Below, piece by piece: positions 1-8,630 of a DNA stretch of 20,403 nt. The notes beneath the pieces are model-generated. The model did no database searches, was not told the DNA's origin, and worked only from the letters and a program-made list of their open reading frames with translations. Every line of letters starts with the position of its first letter. Position 1 is the first letter of the stretch. Location: contig CBDUQR010000046.1 in the NCBI GenBank assembly GCA_965369655.1, positions 1-20,403 of the forward strand, in the 5' to 3' direction. The DNA is from an uncultured bacterium. Its GTDB lineage: Bacteria; Zixibacteria; MSB-5A5; JAABVY01; JAHJOQ01. The translations under genes and the position numbers were made by a program.

Positions 1-173
1 AACTCTCAAACCCACCTTAATCAACTGTCCGATATTCTGCAACCACCTCTCTGAAGGAATCAGAGAAAACGCTGACCTTCAGTTCGATTTGCGATTCGTG
101 CTCGGACATCGAGGACTCAGTTAACGTCCTGAAAGATCAAATTGAAGTAAGGTCTGGTGATCTGAGCACCCAA

Positions 174-2231
174 GTGGACAGCCTGCTTCAACTAGCCGAA
201 ACATTGGAGAAGGAATCAGAATGGGATGAGGCTCTGGATGCGACTGAGCAAGCTCAGCTATTGCACAAGCATAGTAAGAAGATTAGAGATAAAGAAAGTG
301 AAATTAGAGATAACGCTATATCCTGCTATCTGAATAGCGTTGATTCACTAACACGGGAATGGAAGTGGCGTGAGGCTATACAGAGAACTCAAGACGCAAG
401 AAAGTATGCTACAACATCGTACCAAGAAGAACGAATCTCCGATAAGAGAGACGAGTCTGTCTTATCAGCCCAGGAATGTCACGTTAGAAGATCGAAGGAA
501 TTCGCTTTTCAAGGCTTCTTGGACAAGTGTTTAGAGGAGCTTGACTTGGCATCGGCGTATGGCTCCAACAGGGAAGTTAATGAGTTAAGAGCTAAATTCC
601 TCGATCAGAAAAAGGCTTTATCGTTCTTGGAACAAGGGAAAAAACTGATTGCTGACAGTCAGTATGTTGAAGCCGTTGACATACTTCAAGAGGCCTACAA
701 ACTGAATCCTGATAATGAAGAGATTTCTGAGAATCTTAACGATTCTTACTTGTCTTTGATCGACGAAAAGGAGAGTGGGGGGTACATCTACGATGCCCTG
801 CTTCTGCTCGACAAGGCAAGTCAGTTTGCAGGCGAGAATGATTGGATGCTGAATGACCGAATTTCCGATTTGAAGAATACGCTGAAACTTCATTATGAAG
901 TAGCGATAACTCTGTGCGAGGAAGCGGAGTTGTACGGTCATGCTACCCTATATATTGATCTCTTAAAAGATCTGGGCGTGCCTTTCAGCGACCTCGTAGA
1001 CCGCCGCATTGAAGAAAAAACGAAGGAGACAGCTACACAGGACTTTGCTATACTTCCCTTTGATAATGTGATTTACAACAATATCGCTGGAAAGGACTAT
1101 GGCAAACTAATTGCCAATAGACTTAGAACAGAGCTTGACAATAATAGTATCCTCCGCGGCGATGTTAAATTCCTGAATCGAAATCAGATAGATAAGATAG
1201 AGAACGAATATAGGTATATTCGCGACAACTTGATGAGAGAATCGGACTCGAGACGCCAAGGTTCGATGGCCGCCGCAGATTTCTTGCTTGTTGGAACTGT
1301 AAATGAATTCAGAGTAGTCGAAAGAAAGTTGGTAAACAGAAAGAGCAAATCTGTGGAGTATGCCTCGGGTTCCCATTATGAAATGAACCCGAAGTGGGAG
1401 AAATGGGCAGAGCAAAAGAGGAAATTCGATGAGTGTATTGCCCAGTATGGCAATGAAGATGCCGGATGGCTTTGCTTACTGGTTGCGCCGGGGAAAGAAC
1501 CACAAAAGAGGATCAAGGTGACAGATTACTCATACCACAATTACTATGAAGAATACTACCAGAGCGAAGGTGATGTTGAACTCTATTGGAACATCGTTGA
1601 TATGAGAACGACCGAAGACATTCTGAATGACACAAAGAGAATCCATCATGAGGATGCCGATAAGTATGTAGAAGGATTTGACCCTGCAGGTGTTCCGCAC
1701 GATCCCCTGATAATCGCGACATCTGCAGAGATCGAAGAGGATCTGCTACATGGGATTGTTGATGAGGTGGAAGGATCAATAGCCCGTTTCTTAACCAATA
1801 TGCCTCATAACCTGCTCGATAGATCGATAGTGCTTGAGAATCAAGGGCGAGACGTAGAAGCGGTGGAGGTACTGATGATGGCTTGGACCTTGGATAATCA
1901 CAATTCATCATTCAAAAGCAAGAGGAACTCCGTGAAAGAAAGCCTAAAGATAGATCCCTTGACGAAATCGTCTCTTGCCGCGCTGAAATCATCTTACAGT
2001 GTGAATGAGGACACTATTCAGGTCATTGCCGATGATGAAGTGAATGCGTTCGTGGATTCCGATGGGCAGGAGAGAATGGACAAAAAATTACTTTCCAGCA
2101 TTACAAACTCAATAATTGACCAACACTATGATTTGGCTAGAACACAGATAAAACTATTCTTAGAGAAGTATCCAGAGAGTCCTCTGTTGGAGCAAGTGCT
2201 GGAAATAAGCGATAAAATATCGGGGAAATAG
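174..2231 (+). CDS. TPR-repeat protein with a central CsgG/HfaB/TolB-N-like alpha/beta domain; 5' end uncertain, probably truncated
   Basis: 685-aa ORF. The N-terminal half is helical with TPR-like motifs (e.g. YVEAVDILQEAYKLNPDNEEI). The segment FAILPFDN...KFLNRNQIDKI...ADFLLVGTV matches the CsgG/TolB-N-type pattern, and the C-terminal LFLEKYPESPL is a BamD/YbgF-like TPR. The frame is open upstream to a TAA at 18-20, and the GTG start has no clear RBS. Confidence 0.7.
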   Translation: MDSLLQLAETLEKESEWDEALDATEQAQLLHKHSKKIRDKESEIRDNAISCYLNSVDSLTREWKWREAIQRTQDARKYATTSYQEERISDKRDESVLSAQECHVRRSKEFAFQGFLDKCLEELDLASAYGSNREVNELRAKFLDQKKALSFLEQGKKLIADSQYVEAVDILQEAYKLNPDNEEISENLNDSYLSLIDEKESGGYIYDALLLLDKASQFAGENDWMLNDRISDLKNTLKLHYEVAITLCEEAELYGHATLYIDLLKDLGVPFSDLVDRRIEEKTKETATQDFAILPFDNVIYNNIAGKDYGKLIANRLRTELDNNSILRGDVKFLNRNQIDKIENEYRYIRDNLMRESDSRRQGSMAAADFLLVGTVNEFRVVERKLVNRKSKSVEYASGSHYEMNPKWEKWAEQKRKFDECIAQYGNEDAGWLCLLVAPGKEPQKRIKVTDYSYHNYYEEYYQSEGDVELYWNIVDMRTTEDILNDTKRIHHEDADKYVEGFDPAGVPHDPLIIATSAEIEEDLLHGIVDEVEGSIARFLTNMPHNLLDRSIVLENQGRDVEAVEVLMMAWTLDNHNSSFKSKRNSVKESLKIDPLTKSSLAALKSSYSVNEDTIQVIADDEVNAFVDSDGQERMDKKLLSSITNSIIDQHYDLARTQIKLFLEKYPESPLLEQVLEISDKISGK

Positions 2232-2266
2232 GCAAGTATCTTTGCTTCATTTCTACTATTCGCTGG

Positions 2267-2290
2267 GTGGCCCACCCTTCGGGTGGGTTT
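2267..2290 (+). repeat. GTGG-footed REP-like hairpin, possibly also the terminator of the TPR gene
   Basis: GTGG-CCCACCC-TTC-GGGTGGG-TTT lies about 36 nt after the stop. A similar stem occurs at 20285-20314 on the minus strand. Confidence 0.5.
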
Positions 2291-2459
2291 CTAAGAACGC
2301 GTCGAATCCCTGGCGCTTTCGACATTCTTCTTTGGACATGTGTCTATGCGATTTCCCAAACAACAGAAAACACCAGACAAAACCACTTTCACCTTCGGGC
2401 CGAAACCTTGCGGTCCTTGGTTCGAGAGGTAGTGCGTAAGTTATTAGGGAATCTCAATT

Positions 2460-2536
<77 letters not shown>

Positions 2537-2546
2537 ATCTCGACCC

Positions 2547-2574
2547 AATAAATGGATTAATAAACGTGTGTCAA
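2547..2574 (-). promoter_or_regulatory. Putative sigma70 promoter of tRNA-fMet
   Basis: Perfect TTGACA on the minus strand (2574-2569), followed 16 nt later by a weak AT-rich -10 (TTTATT) about 10 nt before the tRNA 5' end. Confidence 0.45.
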
Positions 2575-2647
2575 CGATTATGTTCAACAATATGATGAAG
2601 TCGTTTCAATGGATACTCGTCCGTGTCAGGTAACAGTTTGCAGAGGA

Positions 2648-2763
2648 TCGTCAGGTCACACCGTCGACTCCGTCGTCGGCAAGACCAGACGAAACAGCCC
2701 TATGGCAGGACCGCTTCGCTGCGCTTCCCTTCGCAGGGCTCAGGACTTCGCGGGTCGCTGTCC
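2648..2763. repeat. Two palindromic REP-like hairpins; the second carries the nested CCCTTCG-N-GCTCAGGAC module
   Basis: TCGTCAGGTC (2648) and GACCAGACGA (2683) form an inverted pair. GGCAGGACC...GGTCGCTGTCC encloses CCCTTCGCAGGGCTCAGGAC (2727-2746). Confidence 0.55.
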
Positions 2764-2881
2764 GACTCTTATTGTGATGAGCGTGAGATCAACCGTGAAG
2801 GTATCATGCAAATGAAACAACCGGCCAGTGGATGACCGGTTGTTTCCTGAGACTAACGCAGAGAGTGCTGAAAGGCTAAAT

Positions 2882-3313
2882 TTATTTGAGAGCGATCGAC
2901 AGCTTCAGTTGGACATAATTTTCTTTCCAGTCGCACCAGACTTTATATTTCTCGCTGTTCAGGAGCGATGCCCCGACTCCCGCAGCATCCATGAAAACAT
3001 CGCGAACGCTCCAGCCTTCCCGGAATCCATCCTCCACCTCTTTGAGCAATCCCAGTCCGAAGACAATCCCGCCCGCAAGCTTGTTGTCGACGATTATGCC
3101 GAGCATCTCGGTGCTTGCGTAGGAGCCCATCATGTGCTGCCACTTGTCCGGCGCCTGAATCGTCCACTCGGAGCCGCCGTTGTAATACCAAACGTCATCC
3201 CGAATCGGCTGCTGCTTGAAACTGCCATCGCGAGGGTATGAAAAGAAAAGCGCGTGCGAGTCCGGGGCCAGCGCGATAAAGATGAAAACTGCAACGAGCA
3301 ACCCTTTTTTCAT
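2882..3313 (-). CDS. YfiM/DUF2279-like exported or membrane protein
   Basis: 143 aa with an N-terminal signal peptide (MKKGLLVAVFIFIALAPDSHA) and a strong RBS (AGGAGG). Motifs DKWQH, KEVEDG and GWSVRDVFMDAAG are typical of the YfiM-like family. Confidence 0.7.
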   Translation of the reverse strand: MKKGLLVAVFIFIALAPDSHALFFSYPRDGSFKQQPIRDDVWYYNGGSEWTIQAPDKWQHMMGSYASTEMLGIIVDNKLAGGIVFGLGLLKEVEDGFREGWSVRDVFMDAAGVGASLLNSEKYKVWCDWKENYVQLKLSIALK

Positions 3314-3569
3314 TGTCTCTACCTCCTGCGTCAGTCTTGCCGACTGTTAATACTCCAAATGGCATGCCGACTCACCGCAATCGTTCCCGATGCCGGTAAG
3401 AGCATGGGGGCGCGCTGATTAGACCGTGTGAATTCGTTTGCATGCCGGATGGTTGCTGTGAATGAGCATGCACTTATTATGACTTTGTGAAATGTGTTGC
3501 AGACGAACTAAGAAGCCGTTTATATTGTATGCTGACTCTCATCAGGTTGGAAAGAGAGGTTACATCTGC

Positions 3570-4910
3570 ATGGCGACTGATCTTGTCGAAAGCATTTCCG
3601 GCGCGCGCGGGATAGTCGGAATATCCATGACCCCGCATCTGGCGTTACAGTATGGACTCGCGTTTGGTTCGTTCATCGGCGGCGGCAAAGTCGTGGTCGG
3701 AGGAGATCCGAGGACGTCTCACGATCAACTCAAATCTGCTGTTGCGTCGGGGCTGATGGCTGTCGGTCGAGATGTGATTGATATAGGCATATGCCCCACG
3801 CCGACAATCGGGATCGCAATCAGAGAGTTCAAAGCCAGGGGGGGCGTGGGAATCACCGCCAGCCATAACCCGGTAGAATGGAATGGGCTCAAGCTGTTCA
3901 ATCGCAAGGGTGAGTTCATTTCACCCCAACAGTACGAGGAATTCAGACGAGTCAAGTCTCAGCCTTCTCCGCTGTCTGATTACAGGAAGGTCGGTCGACT
4001 GACCACAGACGACAGCGCTGTGGATAGACACATCGAGAGAGTTCTGTCGCAAGATATTCTGAACATCAGAAAAATCAGGCGGCGGAAGTTCAAAGTTGTC
4101 ATAGATTGCGTTAATGGCGGAGGGTACATCGCCGCGCCCGAATTGCTTCGAAAGCTCGGCTGCACGGTTGTAGTTATCAACGGCACGCCCGACGGGAAAT
4201 TCCCTCGCGGTCCCGAGCCGATCCCCAAACACCTGACGCAACTCAGGAAAAAGGTCGTGGCGGAGAATGCCGACATCGGTTTCGCGCTCGATCCGGACGC
4301 CGACCGGCTTGCGGTAGTATCAGAGAAGGGTATGGCGATTGGCGAGGAGCATACTCTCACCCTCGCCCTGATGGCTGTGCTGTCGAAGAGAACCGGCCCG
4401 GTGGTCGTGAATATGTCGACTTCGAGGATGTGCCGGGATGTCGCCGAGATGTATGGCTGCAAATTCTACAGGTCCAAAGTCGGCGAGGCGAATGTTGTCG
4501 ATGTCATGCGCCGCAGACGAGCTGTCATCGGAGGTGAGGGCAACGGCGGCGTTATTTTGCCGACATCACACTATGGCCGCGACTCGCTCGTGGCTATGGC
4601 GCTTGTGTTGCAGCACCTCGCAGACGCGAGAATCACTGTCTCGGCTGCGATCAAGGCTTATCCCAATCATGTGATCGTGAAAGATAAAGGGGAACTACCG
4701 GAAGATTTTGACATAAAACTGCAAAACATGAAGGCCAAGCTTTCCGACGTCAATATAGATGAGACGGATGGAGTCAGAATCGACTACTCGGAATCATGGG
4801 TTCATATCAGGCGATCGAATACGGAGCCAATTTACAGGATCATCTCCGAAGCGCGGAGCAGATCGTCGGCTGTCGGTTTAGTAAAGAAGATCAGGGGTCT
4901 TCTCAGTTGA
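3570..4910 (+). CDS. glmM: Phosphoglucosamine mutase (alpha-D-phosphohexomutase family)
   Basis: 446 aa from ATG 3570 (RBS GAGAGG). Contains the catalytic TASHNP, metal-binding DPDADR, GEGNGG and RRSNTEP motifs, and sits directly upstream of glmS. A PMM/PGM specificity cannot be excluded. Confidence 0.85.
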   Translation: MATDLVESISGARGIVGISMTPHLALQYGLAFGSFIGGGKVVVGGDPRTSHDQLKSAVASGLMAVGRDVIDIGICPTPTIGIAIREFKARGGVGITASHNPVEWNGLKLFNRKGEFISPQQYEEFRRVKSQPSPLSDYRKVGRLTTDDSAVDRHIERVLSQDILNIRKIRRRKFKVVIDCVNGGGYIAAPELLRKLGCTVVVINGTPDGKFPRGPEPIPKHLTQLRKKVVAENADIGFALDPDADRLAVVSEKGMAIGEEHTLTLALMAVLSKRTGPVVVNMSTSRMCRDVAEMYGCKFYRSKVGEANVVDVMRRRRAVIGGEGNGGVILPTSHYGRDSLVAMALVLQHLADARITVSAAIKAYPNHVIVKDKGELPEDFDIKLQNMKAKLSDVNIDETDGVRIDYSESWVHIRRSNTEPIYRIISEARSRSSAVGLVKKIRGLLS

Positions 4911-4925
4911 TGGACGGAGGACTGT

Positions 4926-6752
4926 ATGTGCGGAATAGTTGGCTATGTTGGTGACAGGCCTGCAGCGCCGATTCTCATAGAGGGTATCAAGAAGCTCGAA
5001 TATCGCGGTTATGATTCCGCCGGGATCGCTCTCCACGAGGACGGTGAAGTCGTGTTCCAGAAGAACGCGGGCAAGATCAGAGTTCTCGAAGAGAATATCG
5101 CAGACAGAAAGTTTTCATCTACTTGCGGCATAGCTCACACCCGTTGGGCGACTCACGGTGAGCCAAACGACACAAATGCGCATCCGCACACAGATGAGTC
5201 GGGCAAGATCGCCGTCGTGCATAACGGCATTATTGAGAACTTTCGCACGTTGAAGCGGTACCTCGAGGACAAAGGTCATACATTCCGAACGGAGACCGAC
5301 TCGGAAATCCTCGCGCACCTGATATCCGACAGCTATGATGGCGACCTGCTTGAAGCGGTCAGAAAGGCACTGGTCCAGGTCGACGGCACTTATGGAATCG
5401 CGGTTATCTGCAAGGACAGCCCGGGTGAAGTGGTGGCGGCCAGGCTCGGATCGCCGTTGGTGATCGGGTCGGGACACGGCGAGAATTTCGTCGCCTCCGA
5501 TGTCTCAGCGATTCTCAATCATACGAAGCAGGTGATCTATCTCGATGACGGCGAACTTGCGAGAGTGACCGCCGATGGTTTTTCCGTATCGACGCTGGAT
5601 AACATCGAGGTAACGCGCGAACTGCAGGAAATCGAATGGTCAATCGGCGAGATCGAAAAGGGCGGGTTCGATCATTTCATGTTGAAAGAGATATATGAGC
5701 AACCCTCGGCGCTGAAGAATGCGATGCGCGGTCGGTTAAACTATGAAGAGGGTACTGCGAGGCTGAACGGGCTTCAATTGCAGATAGACGAACTTCTGAA
5801 TGTCGACCGCGTAATAATCACAGCCTGCGGAACATCATGGCATGCGGGGTTGATCGGCGAGTATATGATCGAGGATCTTGCGAGAGTCCCGGTCGAAGTC
5901 GAGTACGCATCCGAGTTTCGATACAGGTCTCCCATCATCAACGACGGCACTCTCGTGTTCGTGATCTCGCAGTCGGGTGAGACCGCTGATACGCTGGCGG
6001 CATTGCGCGAGGCGCAGAGAAAAGGCGCGACAGGACTTGGCATCTGCAATGTAGTCGGTTCGACAGTCGCTCGAGAGACTCACGGCGGGATTTATATCCA
6101 TGCGGGACCGGAAATCGGCGTCGCATCGACGAAGGCGTTCACATCACAGATAATGGTGCTGTCGCTGATTACTCTGCTGCTGGCGAGGATGCGGCACATG
6201 TCGATCGAGAAGGGCAGGCAGATTGTCGACGCAATGACGAAGATCCCCGATCAGGTGCAGGCGATCCTGGACAATTCGTCGGAGATAAGGAAGATTGCCG
6301 AACTCTACAGAGACCATGACAATTTCCTTTACCTCGGTCGCGGCATCAATTTCCCCGTTGCCCTCGAAGGCGCGCTGAAACTCAAGGAAATATCATACAT
6401 CCATGCTGAAGGCTATCCGGCTGCCGAAATGAAGCACGGTCCAATTGCGCTCATCGATGAGAACATGCCGGTCGTGGTGATCGCTCCGAAAGACCAGGTC
6501 TACGACAAAGTCATATCGAATATTCAGGAGATCAAGGCGCGCAACGGTCATGTCATCGCAATAGCCACTGAGGGTGACGAGGACATCTGCCGACTGGCGG
6601 ATCATGTTTTCTATATCCCGAAAGTGCTGTATCAACTGACTCCGCTGCTGTCGATCATACCTCTCCAGTTGCTCGCGTATTACATCGCTGTCATGCGAGG
6701 AAGGGATGTCGACCAGCCAAGAAACCTCGCCAAATCGGTGACAGTCGAGTAG
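4926..6752 (+). CDS. glmS: Glutamine--fructose-6-phosphate aminotransferase
   Basis: Starts MCGIVG, contains HTRWATHG, SQSGET and EMKHGP, and ends PRNLAKSVTVE. RBS GGAGG. Confidence 0.99.
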   Translation: MCGIVGYVGDRPAAPILIEGIKKLEYRGYDSAGIALHEDGEVVFQKNAGKIRVLEENIADRKFSSTCGIAHTRWATHGEPNDTNAHPHTDESGKIAVVHNGIIENFRTLKRYLEDKGHTFRTETDSEILAHLISDSYDGDLLEAVRKALVQVDGTYGIAVICKDSPGEVVAARLGSPLVIGSGHGENFVASDVSAILNHTKQVIYLDDGELARVTADGFSVSTLDNIEVTRELQEIEWSIGEIEKGGFDHFMLKEIYEQPSALKNAMRGRLNYEEGTARLNGLQLQIDELLNVDRVIITACGTSWHAGLIGEYMIEDLARVPVEVEYASEFRYRSPIINDGTLVFVISQSGETADTLAALREAQRKGATGLGICNVVGSTVARETHGGIYIHAGPEIGVASTKAFTSQIMVLSLITLLLARMRHMSIEKGRQIVDAMTKIPDQVQAILDNSSEIRKIAELYRDHDNFLYLGRGINFPVALEGALKLKEISYIHAEGYPAAEMKHGPIALIDENMPVVVIAPKDQVYDKVISNIQEIKARNGHVIAIATEGDEDICRLADHVFYIPKVLYQLTPLLSIIPLQLLAYYIAVMRGRDVDQPRNLAKSVTVE

Positions 6753-6766
6753 AGGCTATCTGAAAA

Positions 6767-6906
6767 GTAGGTCGTGTTCCGAATCCCGCAGGGCGGGATG
6801 AGAAACGCGACACCTCTTTCTTGTTACGTAGGTGTCGGTTTTTCGGTCGCTGATCCCGATCCCCGAGGGACTTGCAAGATTCGCTTGCTACAGAACGCCG
6901 ACCTAC
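6767..6906. repeat. Inverted pair of GTAG-footed REP-like palindromes with nested sub-palindromes
   Basis: GTAG-GTCGTGTT...AACGCGAC (6767-6811) encloses ATCCCGCAGGGCGGGAT. A minus-strand GTAG-GTCGG...CCGAC (6906 to ~6833) encloses GCAAGATTCGCTTGC and GATCCCGATCCCCGAGGGAC. The pair lies between convergent genes and overlaps the stop of the next gene. Confidence 0.65.
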
Positions 6907-7580
6907 TTTGTGCTTAATATCTCCTTCACTGCATCAATCAACCCATAATATAACAAACAATCTGCCACCCGTGCCGCTGGGTGAGAATAACTGACTATAT
7001 GTTTCCTAATTTCATATTCGTGATACCGAATACCACGTGTTGTCTCTTTCGGTTCTGACATTTGGGGTAGCTTTACTACCTTATGGAGTAGTTCGCTCAC
7101 AATAGAACCACAGCAAATAACCAAATCAGGATGATAAATTTCGAATTGTTTATAAATGAAGTCTTTGTCCTCTTTGACTATCTGGGATAGCGCATCATTA
7201 TCTGTTGTATGACCTCCAGGTAATTTCTTGAGATTGATGGCGCAGATTGACCTCAGGTATCTTTTTCTTTGATTGTTGGTTACTCTCTCAATCTCTTCCC
7301 AGTTTATTTCCCTCTCAGTACTTTGAATTCCAACAATCCATCGAGTTATATTATCAAATGTTGGTGAACTATCTCTCTTTCGTAACTTGGCTCCATCGCG
7401 TAGAAACTCCCTCAAATCCCAATTCCCTCCATCAGGATCATTAACTTCTTTAAGAACAAACATGATCTTGGGTGAACTATTCAGGTAACTTTCTTCATCA
7501 ACAACACCATCCGCCACAAATCCTTTACGGCTTGCAGACCATTTTTCGAATAGTTCGTTTTCTTTTTCTCGGATACCCAT
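6903..7580 (-). CDS. Uracil-DNA-glycosylase-superfamily (UDG-like) protein of unknown specificity
   Basis: 225 aa, RBS AGGAG. The motif order KIMFVLKEVN ... AINLKK ... PDLVICCG ... SHPAAR matches the UDG-fold layout (motif A strand, conserved Asn, PxxIxxxG, HPs motif B). The gene is AT-rich relative to its flanks. Confidence 0.65.
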   Translation of the reverse strand: MGIREKENELFEKWSASRKGFVADGVVDEESYLNSSPKIMFVLKEVNDPDGGNWDLREFLRDGAKLRKRDSSPTFDNITRWIVGIQSTEREINWEEIERVTNNQRKRYLRSICAINLKKLPGGHTTDNDALSQIVKEDKDFIYKQFEIYHPDLVICCGSIVSELLHKVVKLPQMSEPKETTRGIRYHEYEIRKHIVSYSHPAARVADCLLYYGLIDAVKEILSTK

Positions 7581-7699
7581 GTTTTACTCTCCTAACGGTC
7601 TGAGTGTGAGTCACTTTGCGGATCACGAATCGGAGTTAACACTTAACTTCTTCACTACATATGTAATAACAAATACAATTACGATGCCCTTCTGTATTA

Positions 7700-7834
7700 C
7701 TATATATCTTTAGCCAAGCTGCTCGGTCGTACTACCTCCACATGCTCCAGCCATCCGGCTATCCAGCTTCGCAGTTCATCTGAGATTACGACTCTTAATT
7801 CCATTGTCAATGATCCGTATTCAAGCCTTGTCAT
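7700..7834 (-). pseudogene. C-terminal (WCX) remnant of a WYL-domain transcriptional regulator
   Basis: Manual translation gives MTRLEYGSLTMELRVVISDELRSWIAGWLEHVEVVRPSSLAKDI*, which resembles the WCX consensus DGS....V....EL..WI.GWG..VEV..P..L. The frame closes upstream at a TGA at 7916-7918, so there is no room for HTH/WYL domains. Confidence 0.6.
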
Positions 7835-8009
7835 AGAATGTAACAGATTTGTGATGAGTTTAGAATTCTTACTTGCGATTTTATTGCCCCATTCCTGAGA
7901 ACCAATCCTAATTACTCAAACTGACCCACTAACTCAGTTTTTGTTGATCTGACACCCATTATGATATAGCATTGCCGCAACGCCTTTGCGAATAAGAGGT
8001 TACCGGCAG

Positions 8010-8630
8010 ATGGCTCTCTATGAAACCGCCCTGTGGAAGCAGGGATTGCAATATATATGTGGCGTGGATGAAGTTGGTCGCGGACCGCTGGCCGGACCTG
8101 TTACCGCCGCAGCAGTGATTCTCCCACCCGGAACCAGACGAAACGGCATCAAGGATTCCAAAGTCCTGTCCGCCGGACAACGGGAAAAGCTCGCGGAGAA
8201 AATCAAGCGTATGGCTGTCGACTGGGCGGTCGAATCGGTCGATCCGGCGACTATCGACAAGATCAACATCCTGCAGGCATCACTTCTGGCAATGAAAAAA
8301 GCCGTCGAGAAACTGGCGAGCAGGATGGATATCGTACTGGTCGATGGGATTTATCCGATTCCGGAGATCGATCTCGATCAGGCTGCGCTGAGAGGCGGAG
8401 ACTCGATCAGTGTCTGCATCGGCGCGGCATCGATCTTAGCCAAAGTAGAACGCGACAGTCTTATGGTCGAATATGACACTCTCTTCCCAGAGTATCGATT
8501 CGGCAAGAATAAAGGTTACCCGACGCGCGAGCACCGTCTGGCGATACATTCTTACGGCCCGTGCAGCATTCACCGGATGAGTTTCAAGCTGTTACCCGAC
8601 GGCATCATTCAGGAGAGATTGAGGCTTTGA
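8010..8630 (+). CDS. rnhB: Ribonuclease HII
   Basis: Motifs GVDEVGRGPLAGPV, DSK, LVDG, AASILAKV and KGYPT. ATG 8010 chosen because of RBS AAGAGG. Confidence 0.97.
   Translation: MALYETALWKQGLQYICGVDEVGRGPLAGPVTAAAVILPPGTRRNGIKDSKVLSAGQREKLAEKIKRMAVDWAVESVDPATIDKINILQASLLAMKKAVEKLASRMDIVLVDGIYPIPEIDLDQAALRGGDSISVCIGAASILAKVERDSLMVEYDTLFPEYRFGKNKGYPTREHRLAIHSYGPCSIHRMSFKLLPDGIIQERLRL

Noticed and set aside
2828..3241. 137-aa plus-strand ORF and other antisense or overlapping ORFs in the track (e.g. 11592-12305, 17157-17702, 2267-2503)
   Set aside because: These are shadow ORFs opposite well-supported genes or the tRNA, with no recognisable motifs.
4911..4925. glmS ribozyme
   Set aside because: Only 15 bp separate glmM and glmS, and I did not recognise ribozyme motifs upstream of glmM.
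6753..7985. Tn7-like element at attTn7 downstream of glmS
   Set aside because: The position fits, but I could not find TGT...ACA ends, repeated TnsB-binding sites, a 5-bp target duplication or tns genes. The sequence just after glmS is a REP pair.
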